From positions 88,598,001 through 88,662,000 of the forward strand of contig NC_088791.1 in assembly GCF_011386835.1 (NCBI RefSeq): a stretch of DNA of 64,000 bases, read 5' to 3'. This document shows, one piece after another, positions 52,301-62,880 of this stretch. The notes beneath the pieces were generated by a model that saw only the letters and a list, made by a program, of their open reading frames with translations, searched no databases and was not told where the DNA came from. This DNA is from Chrysemys picta bellii (Eukaryota). Made by a program: the position numbers and the translations under genes. The stretch's first letter is position 1. The number at the start of each line of letters is the position of its first letter.

Positions 52301-53539
52301 GCTGGGCTCTGTGTGGCTTGCCTGTGAGTTTACAACAATAGGGTTAGCATTGGCCGTGGCATTTGGGGTTGCTGGTTTTGGGCTGCCCTTCAGTGTCGGG
52401 CAGTCTGGTCTCATGTGGCCCAGCATACCACAGCGATAGCATGTAACCTGCTGGGGATGTGAGTTCCTACCCTCCGGGCCCCCTTGAACTCCTTTAGAAG
52501 AGTCAGGTTTATTTTTAAATCCTTCCCTCCTCTTGAACTGGGGAGAATGGTGATCAGTTTTCCCCGGGGTTTTACACCCTTCTCGAGCCCTGTTTTGGGT
52601 ATGGGCATCCGCAATCTCTGCCGCCCGTAGGACTGACTCAGGGTCCCTGTCACACACAGCTGCTCTCACATTGTCAGGCACAATGTCTAAGAACTGTTCC
52701 AAAGTTATTAAATCCAGCAGTTTTTCAAAACTCCCATGAACCTTGGCTCCCATAACCCACTTTTTAACAAAACCCATCAGCTTATGAGCACATTCTACAA
52801 AAGTACAATCCTTAGACATTTTAAACTCTCTAAACTTAACTCTGTAAGATTCAGGAGTAACCTTGAATCGCCTTAACACAGAATCCTTAAACCGCTCATA
52901 ATTTAAGGCTTCTTGTTCCCCCAAGTCATTAAATACCTCCCTGGCTTTTCCAGTCAGTCTGGTCAGCAGGACAGGCATTCGCTGACCCTCAGGGATCTGG
53001 TACAGATTGCAGAGGCGTTCAAAGGTAGACAAAAACTCCTCTATATCCTCAGTATCATTGTAAATGGGACACATCCTTTCCCAGTTTTTCTCATGGCGGG
53101 GGGGAAGTGGAGTACCAGGTGGGGATGACTTTCTCCGCTCTTCCATTACTTGGAGCTGAAGTCTGGCCGTCTCCTGTTCCATCTTGTGAGTCTCCTGTTC
53201 CATCCTGTGAGTCTCCTGTTCCGCAGCGAGCAGCTCTAGACGCCCCTTACGAGCTCTCTCTTCTAACTCTGCTATTTTGTGCTTCTCCAGCAATCGAAGA
53301 TCTGCTAGCTTCTGTTCATGCTCAAATTGCAGTTTACTTGTCACCCTTTGCATCCTAATTTTTTCTGCATCTTCTGCAGCCTCAGGTAAGGGCTGTGCTC
53401 TTGCCCCCTGATCACTGGCTATTAGCAGATTTCTCAATTCTTCCTTTGTAGCTTTCTTTCTAAAGCTTATCCTCTTTTCTGAACACAAATTTTCCAGGGC
53501 TTTTTTCCCAAGTCCCTCATATGCTCTTTGCTCAGCCAT
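49322..53539 (-). CDS. 1405-aa polyprotein: helical N-terminus, coiled coil, SCAN-like capsid, CCHC knuckle, protease-like DTAA, then a pol-derived region without RT/IN catalytic motifs
   Basis: IEEFLSTFER...LTGKA...TPESYRVKFR...LEQFL; CYRCGMLGHMRPDC; AWRDTAADITLV; no YxDD, HHCC or DDE found; RNase H-like DFDKPFLLYTG near the end; the stop lies inside the 3' LTR. Confidence 0.85.
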   Translation of the reverse strand: MAEQRAYEGLGKKALENLCSEKRISFRKKATKEELRNLLIASDQGARAQPLPEAAEDAEKIRMQRVTSKLQFEHEQKLADLRLLEKHKIAELEERARKGRLELLAAEQETHRMEQETHKMEQETARLQLQVMEERRKSSPPGTPLPPRHEKNWERMCPIYNDTEDIEEFLSTFERLCNLYQIPEGQRMPVLLTRLTGKAREVFNDLGEQEALNYERFKDSVLRRFKVTPESYRVKFREFKMSKDCTFVECAHKLMGFVKKWVMGAKVHGSFEKLLDLITLEQFLDIVPDNVRAAVCDRDPESVLRAAEIADAHTQNRAREGCKTPGKTDHHSPQFKRREGFKNKPDSSKGVQGGPEGRNSHPQQVTCYRCGMLGHMRPDCPTLKGSPKPATPNATANANPIVVNSQASHTEPSIGALCANAVSVVSEGFNLKTHIKAKYGGNNAEFISSAEVNGVRCMAWRDTAADITLVKASLVRKEDYLPGEDVTVVALSKYFVRVPLAKIHLKWKGFEGTMVVGVKDIIPKDIMIGNDIKAMVSQVNTNQAQERIDPKVVPMEGFSKILSLESSCLAVNEVSECLSNVSEVNLELDQVKGEENKEILDEPRQSCELMALSSQQFGKARRVEDECPYTLSVSCAKNSDSEGNVPVSVRGIDLPMEEATPVSKQLSVNSPVCWDKGNEIPNSMSSKGKCVSNSFLSVEQTEGAFRPVMVESHLVVSELVLDSTKAQEGNGPKFASAGENGPVTRLHPVSGLAKSQRPNNSGACILPVAHVWLEKGVTTLSDQGDTLARAQGEPKGNLVVLPTDSLTTCSKKEKIPKLVCGKEKGSISNLLSRKSMGSPERGLYRNLPDGPKVILNVSKTQTESVVAQESVPLEQALGEEGKGRISVRGELLLRKAPGERNPHGTRCKQFPATEGCESDLIKEVSVPSSQKLSVVKGSTNFPCKRSSVGSFEKVSEEVKVVKELRHPYNQVAVWGQLVGETMVLEQECLLSDSLNEQFVLQGLRTDLVTDVSEQSSFMAECLRMRGRASKLSPADSLNLCGISLRQSPALEMIAVANMKTGGLALVWGSANYLTGWERKNLLIAVSEEGPPHQPVNSVKQEKSGFDPAGQGGKRKLNFAKGSHRLTLKCPNSNGIEPKGWHDKHDCRWTLAMNLLLLLNFVINVLLLPQTVKIYNVPNLLENPLDMLKGIHENTHYVKRPCYTGVSQAMHINNMGTFHRGKNIPDLMCYMKRKTEAHYHIAFMAKCQDSWTMKNINICIYSMLIGFQTLARACMDKVAVFFSSWQDHMAHTGTMLPEQIQSTIVLTKCYLEFVKRFNHVVEHDFDKPFLLYTGMASNPILAVVRQNPGWGALGMQSVMFVSSLPASILRWGCDVIDINWDHIDHCCNQGPVVAPKSCIKGVKWGV

Positions 53540-53636
53540 TGCAGCAGCTCTTTAACCAACAAAACTCTCAATCCCAAAATTCAAATTTGGATAGCGTGGG
53601 GTTCTGACCCAAAGCTTAATTGACCTGGTTCTGTGG

Positions 53637-53654
53637 ATCCTGCCGACTACGCCA
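53637..53654 (-). promoter_or_regulatory. Primer-binding site complementary to the tRNA-Ser 3' end
   Basis: TGGCGTAGTCGGCAGGAT, 1 nt after the 5' LTR; matches the vertebrate tRNA-Ser(AGA/UGA) 3' end ATCCTGCCGACTACGCCA as recalled. Confidence 0.85.
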
Positions 53655-55934
53655 CTGTGACAATGCGGTTCTGGCGGAACCCAACTGAGAGTGCCAACTC
53701 AGGACAAATTGCTCAAATAGGGCAGTTACAGCCCAAGGCTGGGGTTTTTTCCACCTCTAAGGCAAACCAAACCAGCCAGACTAAGAGGACTCCAGTCTCA
53801 CCCCACTGGCTAACTGCAAGTCTCACAAGCAATCTCCTTAGACACTCCAGTTTCCCAGTATTACCACCAGTACCACTCGTTATGGGGACAAATGGTTATG
53901 AAAACCAATACCCCAGTAAAAGAAAAAGGTTCTCCTGATCCCAAAGGACCAAGCCCCAGACCCAGGTCAATATACAAGTCAGATCTTACCCACAAATCAC
54001 GCTGTTGCCAATCCTTTAGAATCTAAAATCTAAAGGTTTATTCATAAAAGGAAAAAGATAGAGATGAGAGTTAGAATTGGTTAAATGGAATCAATTACAT
54101 ACAGTAATGGCAAAGTTCTTGGTTCAGGCTTGCAGCAGCGATGGAATAAACTGCAGGTTCAAATCAAGTCTCTGGAATACATCCCCAGCTGGGATGGGTC
54201 CTCAGTCCTTTGTTCAAAGCTTCAGCTTGTAGCGAAGTTCCTCCAGAGGTATGAAGCAGGATTGAAGACCAGGTGGAGATCAGGCATCAGCCTTATATAG
54301 TCTTTCCCAGGTGTTCTTACTGTGGAAAATTACAGCAACATGGAGTCTGGAGTCACATGGGCCAGTCCCTGCATACTTTGCTGAGGTACAAGGCGTATCT
54401 GCCTTCTCTCAATGGGTCCATTGTATAGCTGATGGTCCTTAATGGGCCATCAAGCAGGCTAGGCAGAGCTAATCTCAGCTTGTCTGGGATGTCACCCAGA
54501 AGCATAGCATAAGTTTGCCATACAGACAGTATAGAGCCAATATTCATAACTTCAACTACAACACTGATACACACATATAGACAGCATAATCATAACCAGT
54601 AAACCATAACCTTGTCCTAGACACCCCATTTGACCCCCTTTATACAAGATTTGGGTGCCACTACAGGACCTTGGTTGCAACAATGATCTATATGGTCCCA
54701 GTTTATGTCAATAACGTCACAGTAGGTCAGTCTTTGGAAATCCCATGGTTGGTCGGTTTTTCAAGGGCTTGGACAGGCTTTATCCGCAGATGTGGCAGCC
54801 CATTCCCCAGTGGGATCTCAACCTAGTTCTCTCCAGACTTATGGGCCCCCCCTTTGAGCCTTAGCAACCTACTCTCTATCCTACCTGTCCTGGAAGGTGG
54901 CTTTTCTGGTGGCCATAGCTTTAGGGTTCAGACAGAAGAGTCTCTGAACTCAGAGTGCTGACTTCCAAGCTTCCTCCCCAAGGGTTTTTATAAATACAAG
55001 GTGCAACTATGCCCTCACCCAGCATTCCTACCCAAGGTAGTCTCACACTTTCATGTAAACTAGGACATATTTCTACCAGTATTCTTTCCTAAACCTCATG
55101 CCAGCAACAGAGAGCGAGTACTCCATTCTCTGGATGTCAGGCATGCCCTAGCCTTCTACACTGAATGCACAAAGCCGTTTTGTAAGTCACCACAACTCTT
55201 TATTGCAATCGCCGAAAGGATAAAAGGGCTTCCCATCTCATCTCAGTGCATTTCGGCGTGGATCACGTCCTGCATCAGAACATGCTACGACCTGCCTAAG
55301 ATTCCAACCCCAGCATTGATGGCGCTCTCCACAATAGCGCAGGCTTCTTCTGCCGCATTCCTCGCACAAGTCCCTATTCAGGACATATGCAAGGCAGCAA
55401 CATGGTCTTCCATCCACATCTTCATGTCGCACTATGCCATCACTCAACAGGCGAGAGACAATGCGGCCTTCGGCAGGGCAGTACTTCAGTCAGCAACTCA
55501 GTGAACTCCGATCCCTCCTCCGTTGAAACGGCTTGGGAGTCACCTATTGGAATGGACATGAGCAAGTACTTGAAGAAGAAATAACGGTTACTTACCATCT
55601 CATAATTGTTGTTCTTCAAAATAAGTTGCTCATGTCCATTCCAAATCCTGCCTGCCTCCTCTCTGTCGGAGAAGAAGGAACTGAGCAGGTGGTGGATTGG
55701 CAGGGGCCTATATACACTGCCATGAAGGTGCCACTCCAGGGATAAAACCTAGGGTAAAATCTTCTGACGATTGTGCATGCGGCACATGTGCACACACCTA
55801 TTGGAATGGACATGAGCAACACATCTTGAAGAACAACAGTAACAAGATGGTAAGTAGCTGTTTTTTTATTTATTCATATGTTTAAAATCACAGGAAAAAT
55901 TATTTATATTAGAAACAAGAGGAAGATGAAGGGA

Positions 55935-56565
55935 AGTATAGGTTTTCTGCTTAGCAGGGAAGGAGCGCTAATAACTGATGACATAAAGAAGGCTGAGATA
56001 TTTAATGTCTATTTTGCATCTGTCATCTCTAAAAAAGGTTAATGGTGACCAGACACTCAACACAATTAATATTAACAACAAGGGGGCAAGAACACAAGCC
56101 AAAATAGGGAAAGAGCAGGTTAAAGAATATTTAGATAAGGTAGATGTATTCAAGTTGGCAGGGCCTGCTGAAATTCACTTTGGGTATTTAAGGAATGAGC
56201 TGAAGCAATCTCGGAACTGTAAGCAATTAGAAAACTTATGGAGGATGGTTAAGAAGACTGGAGAAGGGCAAACAGTTCCTGTCTTTAAAAAGTGGAACAA
56301 AGAAGACTCAAGGAATTATATACTACTCAGCCTGACTTCAATTCCTGAAAAGATACTGTAACAAATTGTTAAGCAATGAATTTGTAAGTCCCAGGAGGAG
56401 TATAGGGTTATAAGGAATAGCCAGGGTGGATTTGAAAGACAGGGCTATAATTCAAAATGACCTTGACAAATTGGAGAATTGGCCTGAAATCAATAAGATG
56501 ACATTAAATAAAGATAAGTGCAATGTACTACACTTTGGAAATCAAAATCAAAATCACAGCTACAA
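55935..56565 (+). mobile_element. CR1 ORF2 fragments with internal deletion
   Basis: KAEIFNVYFASV, LDVFKLAGP..IH, VPVFKK...D..NY...SLTS.P.KIL, IQNDLDKLE.W, NKDKC.VLH.G. Confidence 0.85.
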
Positions 56566-56693
56566 TGCAGCAATGGATCAGCATTCACTTTGCATTCCTT
56601 GTCAGCACCCAGCCCAGGCCTGGGAAGCGAATGATACAACCAGCAGACCAAATTCAGCGACAAATCCTGGTCACATGCCATCTGACTGAGACA

Positions 56694-57572
56694 CAAGGCC
56701 GTCCTTAGGCATACGCAGCAACCGCAGCTGCGCAGGGCACCATGAAATTTGGGACATTACATTGTACCAAATCTCATGGTGCCCTAGGCAGCTGTGTGAT
56801 GCATACGTGGCAGCATCAGCCTTGGCGACCAGCCCTATCCCTCGGCTGCCCCCCCCCCCCCCGCAAGGGGCAGGGCCGTCTCGGGGGGGCGGACAACTCC
56901 CTCCGCCCTGCCTCTTACCCTTCCCCCTGCTCCGCCCCCGGACTGCCCCCATTCCACCTCTACCCCCAGTGACCCCGCACTCACCAGCAGCGGCGGGAAA
57001 CGGAGCAATCTGGCCCCAGCCCGCCCTACTCCACCAGCTCCCAGCCGCGACACTCTGCTTCCTGGGGCCAGTGAGTGCGGGGAAAGGATCGGCCCCCGCA
57101 CTCACCCGGCAGCGGGAAGCGGAGAGACACGGCCCCAGCCCGGTCCACTTCCCTTGCCCCGGCCCCAGCCATGTTGCTTGGGTTGGGGAAAGGACCGCCC
57201 CCGGCTCTCACTGGCGGCGGGAAGCGGAGCGCTGTGGCTGGGAGCTGGCGGAGTAGAGCGGGCTGGGGCCGGGCTGCTCCGCTTCCCGCCGCTGCCAGTG
57301 AGTGGGGGGGAGGGGATCCCTTCTCCCAAGCCCCCTCCCCCGAGCGATACGGCTAGGGCCGGGGCGAGGGAAGTGGACCGGGCTGCTCCTGGCCCTCCGC
57401 TAATACCCTGTGCCTCTCTGGGCCTGTGGGGCCCCCAAAAGTGGCTCCCCACAGTTCCTGCCTCCCAGACCCTGGGGGGGGGGAGAGAGGGGAGAGGCCT
57501 GGGGCCCCATCCAGCCCCCCCCCCCCCATGGGAGGGCTGCGTAGGGCATCCAAATGGCTAGGGACAGCCCTG
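56694..57572. mobile_element. hAT-type MITE with GC-rich internal repeats
   Basis: TIR CAAGGCCGTCCTTAG / CTAGGGACAGCCCTG; 8-bp TSD CTGAGACA (56686-56693, 57573-57580). Confidence 0.88.
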
Positions 57573-57779
57573 CTGAGACAGGACTGGCGTTTGATATGGG
57601 CGAACAGGGCAAAGGCTCCGGGTGCCGTTATAAGCAGGGCACCTCTGGAGCAGGAGTGCCCCTCCCCCCACTGCTCTGCCGCAGTCTGCAGCCATGACTG
57701 CTCCTGCCCCCTGCCTCGGAGTCACCCCTGACCAGTTGCTCCCCCTGCAAGATGGAAGAATCACTATACACAGATACGG

Positions 57780-58640
57780 CAGACTCTCACTGGAGGATGC
57801 TGCTCATGACATTCAGTAGAGCTACTGATGCCCCCTATGTAGATCAGCACTTCTGGAGCAGGGGCACAAGCACAGACTGATCCGACCGACAGCAGGTCCA
57901 GAACTTTTGCATGAAGAAAGCAACTTTGTGAGCAGCTTGTCCAGACCTTCCAGCATCAAGGGATATGCCTGAGAGTGGCCATACTGGCCCAGTAGCACAT
58001 GCTATAACCATCTGGAAGCTGGCTATCCAAACTGCTACAGGTCCATTGCCAACCAGCTCGGTGTTGGAAAGTTACCTCTGAGTAAAGTGGTGGTGGAGGT
58101 TTCTGAGGTAATCAGGCGGGTGATTTACCACAAAGTGATGGACATAAAATATATTCTTTAAGTAGCTGCCCGCTTTGAGAGTATGGGGTTTCCAGACTGC
58201 GTTGAGGCCACTTATGGGACTCGTGTGCGAATAGTTTGCCCTCCTTAAGGAGCACATGAGTGCATAAACAGCAAAGGGTGCTATTCTTTTGTTATGCAGG
58301 CGCTTGTGGACCACAGAGGTCAATTTATGAGTGACATCAGCTGCATTGAAAAGTTCATGATGCTTGGGTTTTCCACCTGGACAGGCTGAGACACCATTCC
58401 CACCAAATGGCATTGTCATAAATGGAATTACTGTTCCACTTGGGGGTCTTTTGTACCCCCTTTTGTCTTGGCTTGAGAAACTGTATCCTGATCTGAGAGG
58501 CCCTGGAAAAATAAGGTTGAATTACACTTTCAGTGGCTGTAGAATGGTGTTCGAATGTGCATTTGATAGATTAAAGTCCTGCTGATGCTTTCTACAGATC
58601 AGTTTGAATTCCAGCGTCATCAACGCTGTCCGTCATCAAC
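57780..58640 (+). pseudogene. Old Harbinger transposase remnant (second copy)
   Basis: QHFWSRGTSTD, NFCMKKAT, AITIWKLA, YRSIANQLGVGK, MGFPDC, MQALVDHRG, CRMVFECAFDRLKSC; many lesions. Confidence 0.85.
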
Positions 58641-58649
58641 ACTCTTCAG

Positions 58650-60084
58650 CTGGTACCAGCTCTCCTGATGTTCTGGTTCGGAGGCTGAAAGATAGAAGCT
58701 TTCAAACAAATTAGCACAGTGCTCTCACCGCGACAGATCCTGCTCATTTGAGTTGTCCGCGGTGTACCCATTTTCCCTCCAGGGTATTATCTATACCACC
58801 CACGGTTTTGCTAACTATCGCTTGCGCGGGAGTCAACTCGGTCTCTGCCACAATGTGTCTGGTACTTGGAGCTGCCCCATCCCCTGTGGGTGCAGGCCCA
58901 TAGTTTCAGACCACCCTCTGGACCACCACAACACAGTGTCTGGGGTCTGGCCATCCGCAGTCCGGATCCGGGGGATCTGGACCATACCAGATATCCCCGT
59001 CCCAGTCATCATATGGTCCCGCACTCCCCTGGGCTTTCACCCCAACGGTGGTGACCTGGGCTGAATAAGTCCCCCAGACCCTGTTCTCCCGGGCGGACCC
59101 CTCTGGGGCTAGATCCTTCAGGCAGGTAACTGCCTGACTCAGAGCGGCATTCTCTACTTCCGCAGTCAGAACCTGTGCCTTCCACATATCCCGTTCCTTC
59201 TCCAACTCATGAATTGTACTCCCAGGTGGAACTGCCCTTGGCATCCAGGGGTCTGTCCCTTTCTTTTGGAGCCATTCTAACAACAGCCCGGGCGGTGGCG
59301 CTGCTCCCCAAGGGGGGGGGGTGTCTTCTCGCTCAGGCTGCTTCACCTTTTCCTTCCCCTTGCCCCACAGTGGCATACTTAGCAGTGGCGTCCTTTTCTC
59401 CCTGTGGTGGGTTGCTAGCCTACCACCTTTTACACTTAGGCTCGAGCCGGATCCGCTCAAGAGACTACCGGGGGGCACCACGGGACCCCTACTCTTGGGT
59501 CAAACCCTCCACTAAGCTCCCTGCATCCTCCACCAGTAATGTTACCCGAAATTGGGCCAGCTAGTGAGCTTAGGGAGGACTAATGACCCACCAGAGTTTG
59601 GCAGAAACCAGCATGTTTATTATACTGATACCTAAGCTCAAAAGAAGGGAAGGAGTCACACTCACAGTTGCATACTCATTCTCCCAAGACAGGCACAGCA
59701 CTGGAGATGTCAGGATCCTTCAAGCTAAGTGTCCCACAGCACAGTGACGGATGGTGCGATGAAGGTAAGTCTTCCCAAGGCACGATGGAATGCAATGCGG
59801 TGAACCACTGGCCAGGCGGTCCGGGCGAAGGGCCTTCACGGGAGGTACAAGCATGTGAGTGCACTCCTGAGCACATGTCTCCTTCCCCTTTTAAGGACCT
59901 GCTCCTCATGGCCTGCGACTAGAGATGACTTGGCCACGTCTGGTTGGTCACACTCCACCTCGAGCACTGCCCATGCAGTGTCCATGCATTGGGTGTGTGA
60001 GCACTGCCTAATTAGAGTCCCAGACACCTGGGTCTACCTGGGAGCTTTTCTGATAGCATACAGATCACTGGTGCTCCTACAACA
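58650..60084 (-). mobile_element. ERV fragment: 5' LTR (~59540-60084), PBS and gag N-terminus, class III (ERVL-like)
   Basis: LTR TGT...ACA with AATAAA on the minus strand at ~59616; PBS TGGTGGAGGATGCAGGGA (59518-59535, tRNA-Ala-like); gag with coiled coil and WDGDIW motif. The far LTR end and the left boundary are approximate. Confidence 0.65.
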
Positions 60085-62041
60085 CAAGACACTGAAGGTT
60101 AATACCTCAAATGTCTCAGTGCCTGAGCACAGAACAATTTCTGAGCACAGAACAATTCTTCGATATATGGTTAGAGGGACTCTTCAGACCACAGAATCTC
60201 CCTGGACAGAGCCAGGTTAATTGCAGTGAAAGAGGCAGACAGAAAATGGTAAGTCAAAAATCAAAACCACTTTTTCCTAAAAATTGCAAGCCAGTTTGGG
60301 TTTTGGGGGAGGGTGGTTGCCATGGTGTTCTGCATAAGCCTCCTCTATCAACTCCAGCATTCCACATTTTGAAGGACATAACAGTTCTTGAAGTTCTTTG
60401 CTTCCAAGGAGCAAAGAGAGGTTTTATTCCAAGCTGCCGGTGGGAAACAAGCCATGTACGCTACCGAAGTACTCAGACTTATGATGAGGAAACTGCACAT
60501 ATATGAGTGGAGTGGGCTGGTCAGCAACTCTTACCCCGACCACAGCCCAGTCATGGTAAGAGCCATGCGGGCTGCTGTGGGGAGCCGTGGCGCGGACCCT
60601 CCACTTGGCCTGGGCAAAAGGCCAGGGGGGGCGGGGACACTCTCAGGACCCCCACCCAGGGCAGTTGGAGGTCCGCCACGGCTCCCCACAGCTGCCCGTG
60701 CGCTTCTTATCATGGCCAGGCTGCGGCTCCGAGCCCTTGCCCCTTGGCTGGAGCTGGGTCAGGATAAGAGCCGCCACGTGGGCAGGTGTAGGGAACCGGC
60801 ATGGAGTCATGGACCCTCCATCTTCACCTGCCCTGGGCTGGGTGGAGGGCCCAGGGGGCGGGGACATGGGTAGGGAGCTGCTTTTGGCCACCCCACCCCC
60901 AACCCCAGGTGCGGTGGGTGTGGGCAGTGTTCCGTGTGGTTCCACAACTGTCCAGGCTCCCCTTCCGGGCTCCACCAGCTGCTGACCTGGCCAGGGGATG
61001 GGACCTTGGGGGGAAGAGGAGAGGAAGGGTGCAGAGCCACCCTGACGAAAAGTGGATGGGCCAGGCCTATCCGCTTTCAAAAAGTGGGAGGACCTTGGCC
61101 CCTTGGTACCCTCTGTTCCAGCGCCACTGGGCGGGAGGCGCTGGGGGGGTGGGAGGAACTGATTGATGGGGTCCACTGAACAGCTGATCGGCAGTTGGCT
61201 GGTGGGTGCTGAGCACACACTATTTCTGTTCTGTGGGTACTCCATCCCCAGAGCACCCACAGAGTTGGCACCTATGGAGCCTGAAGAGCTCTGCACTGTT
61301 GTCATGAATATTGTAAATACAGGAAGCACAATCCTTCGGTATTTGTAGGGCCAGAGCAAGAACTGCAGTAACGGGGGACATGATGATTTCTTTGAGGACA
61401 GATTGCTATGAGACATAATGAAAACCATTTCAAGGTTGTTGGTGGCATTCATGTAGCAGCTGCAGATTGCTGAGTACCGCTTCTGGGCCTGAGAAATGAG
61501 CACTGATGGCTAGGATCACATCATAATGCAGATTTAGAATGACAAGTAGTGGCTATAGAACTTGCAGATGCGAAAGGCCATATTCCTGGATCAGTCTGCC
61601 GAGCTCACCACAACCCTCCAGTGCAGGAAAACCAGAATGAGAGCTGCACTTTCAGTGGAGTGCTAATGGTCATGGATGGAGGGTGAAGTTTCCCTGGGGG
61701 AGGCTAGCTTCCTGTCTCCCTCCTCTTCTGCCCAGAGCCCCAACCACACTCTACCGCTGCTCCACCACAGGCCCTGCCCCACTCTGCCCCGGGCCCCTCC
61801 CTGCTAGGTCCCCTCCTTGCTTGAACCCCCCGCCCCCCGCTGCCGCTCGCCACATCCCTCCCCTCCTCCACTCCCCACAGGGAGGGGTGAGGAGGGACAC
61901 CTGGCCTATTATAACTGCCGCCCATGCGAATGGTGAGCACACTCTGGAAGCTTGAAATGCAGGATTGCTACTGATCAGTGGGAAATCATTTTGGAGTTGC
62001 AAAATTCACAGGGGGAGTGGTTGTCACACAAGCATGTAAGG

Positions 62042-62865
62042 TAAGCTTGCCAGGTGTCCGGTTTTCGACCAGAGCACCCAGTTGAAAAGGGACCCCGGTG
62101 GCTCCGGTCGGCACTGCTGACCGGGCCATTAAAAGTCTGGTTGGCGCGGGGCTGGCAGGCTCCGCGTGACTCCCTAGAAGTGGCAACTTGTCCCTTGGCT
62201 CCTAGGAAAAGGAACTGCCACGGGGGCTCCAGGCACTGCCTCCGCCCTGCTTTGGCCAGGAACTGCGGCCAATGGGAGCTGCAGGAGCGGCACCTGTGGG
62301 CAGAGGCAGTGCGCAGAGCTGCCTGGCCACGCCTCTGCCTAAGAGCCAAGGGACATGTCACTGCTTCTGGGGAGCCACCTGAGGTAAGCACTGCCCGGAG
62401 CCTGCACTTCGCACCCCCTCCCATGCCCCAGCCCCCAGCCCTGAGCCCCCTCCTGCACCCAAACTCCCTCCCAAAGCCTGCACCCTGAACCCCCTCCTGT
62501 GCCCCAATTCCCTGCCCCAGCCCAGATTCCCCTCCCGCATATTGAACCCCTCATTTATGGCCCCACCCTAGATCCTTCACCCCCCCACCCCAGCCAGAGG
62601 CCATACCCAATCCCCTGCCTCATCCCAGAGCCCTCTCCCATACTCTGAACCCCTCTGCCCCACCCCCCAGACTGAAGCCCCCTCCTGCATCCCAAACCCC
62701 TGCTCCAGCCTGGTGAAAATAAGTGAGTGAGGGTGGGAGAGAGCAAGTGACAGACAGAGGGGGGATGGAGTGAGTGGGGGTGGAGCCTTGGAGAAGGGGT
62801 GAGGCAGTGGGTGGGGCTCATTAAAGGATGGGAAAGGGGTGGGGCAAGGGTGTTCAGCTTTGTGG
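62042..62865. mobile_element. GC-rich MITE fragment (TTGCCAGGTGTCCGGTTTT-type end)
   Basis: Internal sequence related to MITE 2 (CCAATGGGAGCTGC, CCCCAGCCC..AGCCCC tracts); right end not found. Confidence 0.55.
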
Positions 62866-62880
62866 TGGGGTGATCCTGTT

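Larger units (their letters stand above)
48361..54721 (-). mobile_element. Very young Ty3/Gypsy (SCAN-containing, Gmr1-like) LTR element, apparently non-autonomous
   Basis: 1066-bp LTRs TGTGAC...GTCACA (48361-49426, 53656-54721), one mismatch seen; 5-bp TSD GTAGG (48356-48360, 54722-54726); PBS and short G-tract PPT; single long ORF. Confidence 0.95.
46770..55865 (+). mobile_element. Decayed DIRS1-type element (5'-truncated, RT deleted), interrupted by an LTR element
   Basis: ORF1 C-terminus (SGLP..VQ.TIQELPFD..GLF), RNase H/MT remnants (INVRKL, DNTT, DLFA, YAFPPF), YR remnants on both sides of the LTR insert, ICR ~55545-55640 and right ITR to ~55865. Confidence 0.9.

Noticed and set aside
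56820-57420. Repeated GC-rich units (GGCCCCAGCC, CGGGAAGCGGAG) that could suggest an array or CRISPR
   Set aside because: Irregular internal repeats of a hAT MITE bounded by TIRs and an 8-bp TSD; no constant repeat-spacer period and no cas genes; eukaryotic context.
60643-61503. 286-aa minus-strand ORF
   Set aside because: Antisense to a Harbinger remnant plus GC-rich repeat sequence; no recognisable domain.
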